NCBI GenBank assembly: GCA_031409655.1
Contig: JANNXQ010000019.1
Location: forward strand, 1 to 41,504
Source of the DNA: Chthoniobacteraceae bacterium
GTDB lineage: Bacteria > Verrucomicrobiota > Verrucomicrobiia > Chthoniobacterales > Chthoniobacteraceae
Direction of reading: 5' to 3'
DNA length: 41,504 nt
The notes under the pieces were generated by a model. It made no database searches and was not told the origin of the DNA. It saw only the letters and a list, made by a program, of their open reading frames with translations. Positions 37,679-41,504 of the stretch are shown here, one piece after another. Made by a program: the position numbers and the translations under genes. Numbering within the stretch: position 1 is the stretch's first letter; each line of letters starts with the position of its first letter.

Positions 37679-39284
37679 ATTCCTTCGGCCGGATGGACTC
37701 GAAGTAGCGCTTGATGAAGAAGCGCGAGCCGAGCGGGATATTCTCCTGCAGCACCGCGTCCTCCGCAACGGGTGCCATTGCCTGGTAGAGTTCTTTGTAG
37801 CGGAGGTTCGAACGCGAGGCATCGCCGGCACTGGGGAGAAATTGCTGGAGCGTTTCACCTTCGCCGAGCCGGCCGGCGAGCTGTTGCGCGTTCGCCTTTT
37901 TGCTGGCTGCGCTGGCGTCTCCAAAGGGCGTCTCGGTCGTTCCCTGGTCCTTCTCGCTGCCCGGTTTGCCGGAAGGCTTGAGTGGGTCGCCCTGCCGGCC
38001 GGGCTTGTCGCCATTGGGCGGGCCAAAGGATTCCATCGTGGTGAGCCCCTGTCCTTGGTTGCCTTTGCCCTGGGGGGCCTCCTGGCCTTCGCCCGCTTTC
38101 ATGTTTTGCAAGGCCGCGAGCAGGGCTTTCATCTCCTGCTCCGTGAGCGGTCGGCCGCCTGGGCTCGGCGGGATATTCTGCGCTTTGCCGCCACCCATCT
38201 TGCGCAGCGCCTCGGCGAGCTTCTGCATCGTCTTCCCGCCGTCGGCGCCCTGTTTCATCTGTTGCGAGAGTTGCTGCATCTGGTCGGAGAGTTTCTGCCG
38301 CTCGGCGAGGTGCTTCAGAGCGTCCTCGAGCGCCTGCTTCACGGCTTCGGGGGTGCGGTCGTCCTTGTTGGCCGCAAGTTCGCGCAGCGATTTCTCGAGC
38401 GCTTCCGCGGCCTTCGCGAGATCGCCGCGCTGCATCGCTTCGGCTGCCGCGCGGGTTTTCTCATTCTGTTGCAGCGCCTTTGCGAGTTCCTGCATTTCCC
38501 GGGACGCTGCCGGCTGCTTTTGCATTTCGCGCACGAGTTTTTCGAGTTCCGAAATCTCCCGCAAGGCCGCCTTCTCCGCGTCGGCAGGATCCTTCGCCTC
38601 GGCGCGCAACCGCTCCGCTCGCTGGAGCATTTCCTCCGCCAGCTTGCGCAGTTCCTCGGACTTCCCGTCTGCGTTCGTCTGCTCAGTCTTCCGCGCGAGT
38701 TCCTCCAGCTTCCGCGCCGCATCCTCCACCGCTTCCCGCGCCTCCGCCGTCCGCAGCCTCCTTTGCGCAAAAGTCATCCGTGCTTCCCACTGCAGCAGCG
38801 CGAGCGCGATCACCGGGACGACGAGCCAACCCACCCTCGCTGGCCGCCGCAGCCGCGCATGGGTGCTGAAATCCGTGCGCTCGATAAAACTCGTGCACTC
38901 ACTGACCGCCAGGGTGCGCAGCCCAGGCGCACTTTCTCCCTGAGAAAAATCCAACGCCGTGAGAAAGCGATCGCGGGTGCCGCCCGCGCGATCCAGCCAG
39001 CGAGCCACCCGATCGAGTGCAGGCACCCGAATCATCGTCCAGAGGAGAGTCGCCCCGCACGCCGCGAGCCCGGCGATCACGGCGAGTCTCGCGTCCCACG
39101 GCTCGACCGCGAGTTGCCAGCGCCGCCACGCCCCGACCAAAACCAGCGCGCCCCCGGCCGCCAGCAGCCAGACCACCAGCCCGTCGAGGAACGTCTGCGC
39201 CACGAGCCGACGCCGGACCGCCCGCAGGCAGCGTAAGACAGATTCGATCGGCGGGGTTTTCAAAATGGCGGCGCAAACTAGCAC
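37677..39284 (-). CDS. Membrane-anchored coiled-coil protein associated with MoxR
   Basis: N-terminal TM segments, long Gln/Glu/Lys coiled coil, C-terminal ENIPLGSRFFIKRYFESI; start uncertain. Confidence 0.7.
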   Translation of the reverse strand: MLVCAAILKTPPIESVLRCLRAVRRRLVAQTFLDGLVVWLLAAGGALVLVGAWRRWQLAVEPWDARLAVIAGLAACGATLLWTMIRVPALDRVARWLDRAGGTRDRFLTALDFSQGESAPGLRTLAVSECTSFIERTDFSTHARLRRPARVGWLVVPVIALALLQWEARMTFAQRRLRTAEAREAVEDAARKLEELARKTEQTNADGKSEELRKLAEEMLQRAERLRAEAKDPADAEKAALREISELEKLVREMQKQPAASREMQELAKALQQNEKTRAAAEAMQRGDLAKAAEALEKSLRELAANKDDRTPEAVKQALEDALKHLAERQKLSDQMQQLSQQMKQGADGGKTMQKLAEALRKMGGGKAQNIPPSPGGRPLTEQEMKALLAALQNMKAGEGQEAPQGKGNQGQGLTTMESFGPPNGDKPGRQGDPLKPSGKPGSEKDQGTTETPFGDASAASKKANAQQLAGRLGEGETLQQFLPSAGDASRSNLRYKELYQAMAPVAEDAVLQENIPLGSRFFIKRYFESIRPKE

Positions 39285-39378
39285 CCCGATTCAGACGGCG
39301 CACGCCCGCTCTTCTGCGCTCGAAGTTTCCGTTTGTATCGTCCCGGAGCGCACACTAACCTCCCGCCCTCTTAGGAAA

Positions 39379-39454
<76 letters not shown>

Positions 39455-39597
39455 AGGGCTTCGGTCTCCCTCGAGGCTGGCACCGAGGAGATCCGGTTCG
39501 TTTCGGGAGGAAAATTTTGCCCGGTGCTGGCCCGCACGTTGCTCTGTCGGAGGAGAGTCGTTGCAAAAAACCACCCGACTGATAGCAAACCCGTCCC

Positions 39598-39954
39598 ATG
39601 CCTAAAGAAACACCCACAACCCCACCCCAACCAACTCAGCCTGAAGCCCAAAACATCCCGCTGCAGATCAAGTACGACGATCTGTCCGCGAAGTACGCGA
39701 ACCACGCCCTGCTCAACAGCGGCCAGGAAGAACTCTACATCGAGTTTTCTTCCGGCGTCGTCATGGACCGGGCCAGTGGCACGGCGGTCCTGCCGATCCA
39801 CACGCGCATCGCGATGACGCCCTCCGGCGTTGTCCGTCTCTGGCAACTCCTCGGCCAGGCCGTGCAGAATTTCCAGGTCATCCAGCCGGCCCCACAGCCG
39901 CCGCAAGCGCCCACGCCGATCGAGGCTCCGGCCGCTGGCGACAAGAAGAGCTAA
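39598..39954 (+). CDS. DUF3467-like protein
   Basis: YANHALL...EELYIEF...IHTRIAMTP. Confidence 0.7.
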   Translation: MPKETPTTPPQPTQPEAQNIPLQIKYDDLSAKYANHALLNSGQEELYIEFSSGVVMDRASGTAVLPIHTRIAMTPSGVVRLWQLLGQAVQNFQVIQPAPQPPQAPTPIEAPAAGDKKS

Positions 39955-39984
39955 CGCTCCTCTTTCCCGGCCGCTCACCTCACG

Positions 39985-41504
39985 ATGAGTCTCACGGTCA
40001 CCCCGGCTCCCCACGCCTCCAAAAGCGCGGCGGAGTCCGGGGGTGAGGCCGTGCTCCCGCAGGCGCAGCGCCTCCAGGCGCAGCTTGCCGGGGTCGTGGA
40101 AAGTGATGCCGTCGCGGATGATCTCCGTCCGCTGCTGGAACTCATCCGCTCGCTGCTCAGTGCGCGCGCGGTCGCGGTGCTGCCCTTCGCGGATCAGCCG
40201 ACGCTCGTCGCGTGCATCGTGGCCACGCGGGGCGTGTTCGCGAGCCATCTGACGACGCTGGCTTCGCGGCTGGATTCCCGGGAGGCGGCGGTCCAGCCTG
40301 CGCCGGAACTCGGCGAAGATGCTTACACCATCGCCGTCCCGGTGGCTCGTGAAGGGGTGCCGCTGTGCTGGCTGCTCGCGCAACTCGTGGTGCCGAATCC
40401 GCGCGACCTCCGCGCCTACGTGGTGCTGGTCCAGTCGCTCAGCGGATTTCTGCTTTATCGCCAGCAGCGGCTCGCGACCCGCGAGTCGCACTGGGCGCTG
40501 GAGCGTACCGCCGGGCTCGTCGAGATCGTCCGCCGCGCGGGTGCGGAGTTGGATGGAGAAAAAGCCTGCCGCATCGCGGTCGATGCGTTGCGCGAATACT
40601 TTGGTTGCGAGCGCGTGTCGGCCGGCTTGAAGCGGCGCAAGGCGTTGCGCGTGCGCGCCATCTCCGGCATGGCGCGCATCGATGTGAAAAGCGCGGCGCA
40701 TCAGTCCGTCGAGGCCGCGATCACGGAAGCGGTCTCTGTGGACCGGCGCATTGATTTTGAAGCGAGCAGCGCGCGGACGACCGAAACCGTAGCCCACGCG
40801 CTCCTCCTCCAGCAGACCGGAGCCGCGCGGCTCGCCACCATCCCACTGCCAGATCGCCGTGGGGGCATCGTGCTTCAGTGGAATGCGGACGCCTTGCCCG
40901 ACGCGGCAACGCTCACGCTGCTCGACGCCGCCACGCCAGTCCTGCCGGTGGTCTTCGATCTTCTCGAACGCGCCCGCCCGCCGCGCGCCCTCTTTCTCGC
41001 CGCGCGGGTCTGGAGCCGGCTCACGCGTCATCGCCGCCGCACTGTCCTTGCCGGGGCGGTGCTCTTCGCCGCGCTGCTCGCGTGTCCTTTTCACTACTCG
41101 ATCCGCGCCGATTGCCGTCTCGCGCCGACGGTGAAGCGCGTCATCGCCGCGCCTTTTCAGGGCCAGCTCCGGACGAGCTTCGTCCGGCCCGGTGATCGTG
41201 TCACCGAAGGCCAGCCGCTCGCGGAACTCGACAACCGCGAGCTTCAACTCAAGGAAGCCGAGCTGAACGCCGCCCGCGAACGCGCGCTGAAGCAGCGCGA
41301 CAAAGCGATGAGCAACGATGGCGAAGGGGCCGACTTTGCCGCCGCCCAGCTCGCCGCTTTTGAAGCGCAGAGCGTCGGCCAGGAACTCGAACTCACCCGC
41401 CGCCGTCTCGCCATGCTCGCGCTCAAGGCCCCGCTCGCCGGCATCGTCGTCTCCGGTGATCTGCGTCGCGCGGAAGGTCAGCCGGTGCAGCAGGGGCAGG
41501 TGCT
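39985..41504 (+). CDS. GAF-like domains + HlyD/RND membrane fusion protein, 3' end runs off the window
   Basis: Manual translation from ATG at 39985. GAF-like segments (GCERVSAG...AISGMARID), a TM helix, and lipoyl-like halves VIAAPFQGQL...VRPGDRVTEGQPLAELD and LKAPLAGIVVSGD. Confidence 0.8.
   Translation, partial: MSLTVTPAPHASKSAAESGGEAVLPQAQRLQAQLAGVVESDAVADDLRPLLELIRSLLSARAVAVLPFADQPTLVACIVATRGVFASHLTTLASRLDSREAAVQPAPELGEDAYTIAVPVAREGVPLCWLLAQLVVPNPRDLRAYVVLVQSLSGFLLYRQQRLATRESHWALERTAGLVEIVRRAGAELDGEKACRIAVDALREYFGCERVSAGLKRRKALRVRAISGMARIDVKSAAHQSVEAAITEAVSVDRRIDFEASSARTTETVAHALLLQQTGAARLATIPLPDRRGGIVLQWNADALPDAATLTLLDAATPVLPVVFDLLERARPPRALFLAARVWSRLTRHRRRTVLAGAVLFAALLACPFHYSIRADCRLAPTVKRVIAAPFQGQLRTSFVRPGDRVTEGQPLAELDNRELQLKEAELNAARERALKQRDKAMSNDGEGADFAAAQLAAFEAQSVGQELELTRRRLAMLALKAPLAGIVVSGDLRRAEGQPVQQGQV

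Overview
This is a GC-rich bacterial chromosomal window; the gene content suggests Verrucomicrobiota (inference, not proven). Its centrepiece is a ~15 kb class I lanthipeptide/RiPP locus (4257-19116). The minus-strand arm encodes a small GG-motif ORF, eight precursor genes sharing a 45-aa LxLxKET...GG leader, an aldo-keto-reductase-like protein, LanC and LanB. The divergent plus-strand arm encodes a sensor-less sigma54 activator, a PpiC/SurA-like protein, a 2x cNMP + C39 peptidase ABC exporter and HlyD. Two features are unusual. First, two precursors carry a near-identical 78-aa C-terminal 'CW[VI]ARAVYG' domain (CFI-box-CTERM-like) behind a hypervariable 19-aa core. Second, three precursors have Ser-rich, Cys-free cores that cannot form lanthionine. 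The rest of the window holds a partial TIR-NB-ARC gene, ALDH and Fe-ADH, a yifB-like ATPase, a sigma70 factor, pyk, threonine aldolase with a DUF6421-like protein, asnB with a polysaccharide deacetylase, mrp, and pyrR-pyrB-pyrC with a PyrR RNA element. It also contains a mazEF-like TA pair, a decayed DUF4258/DUF2283 pair, MoxR, tRNA-Glu(CTC), a partial GAF-HlyD gene and several heptamer repeat arrays. All family calls are by motif recognition, not database search.
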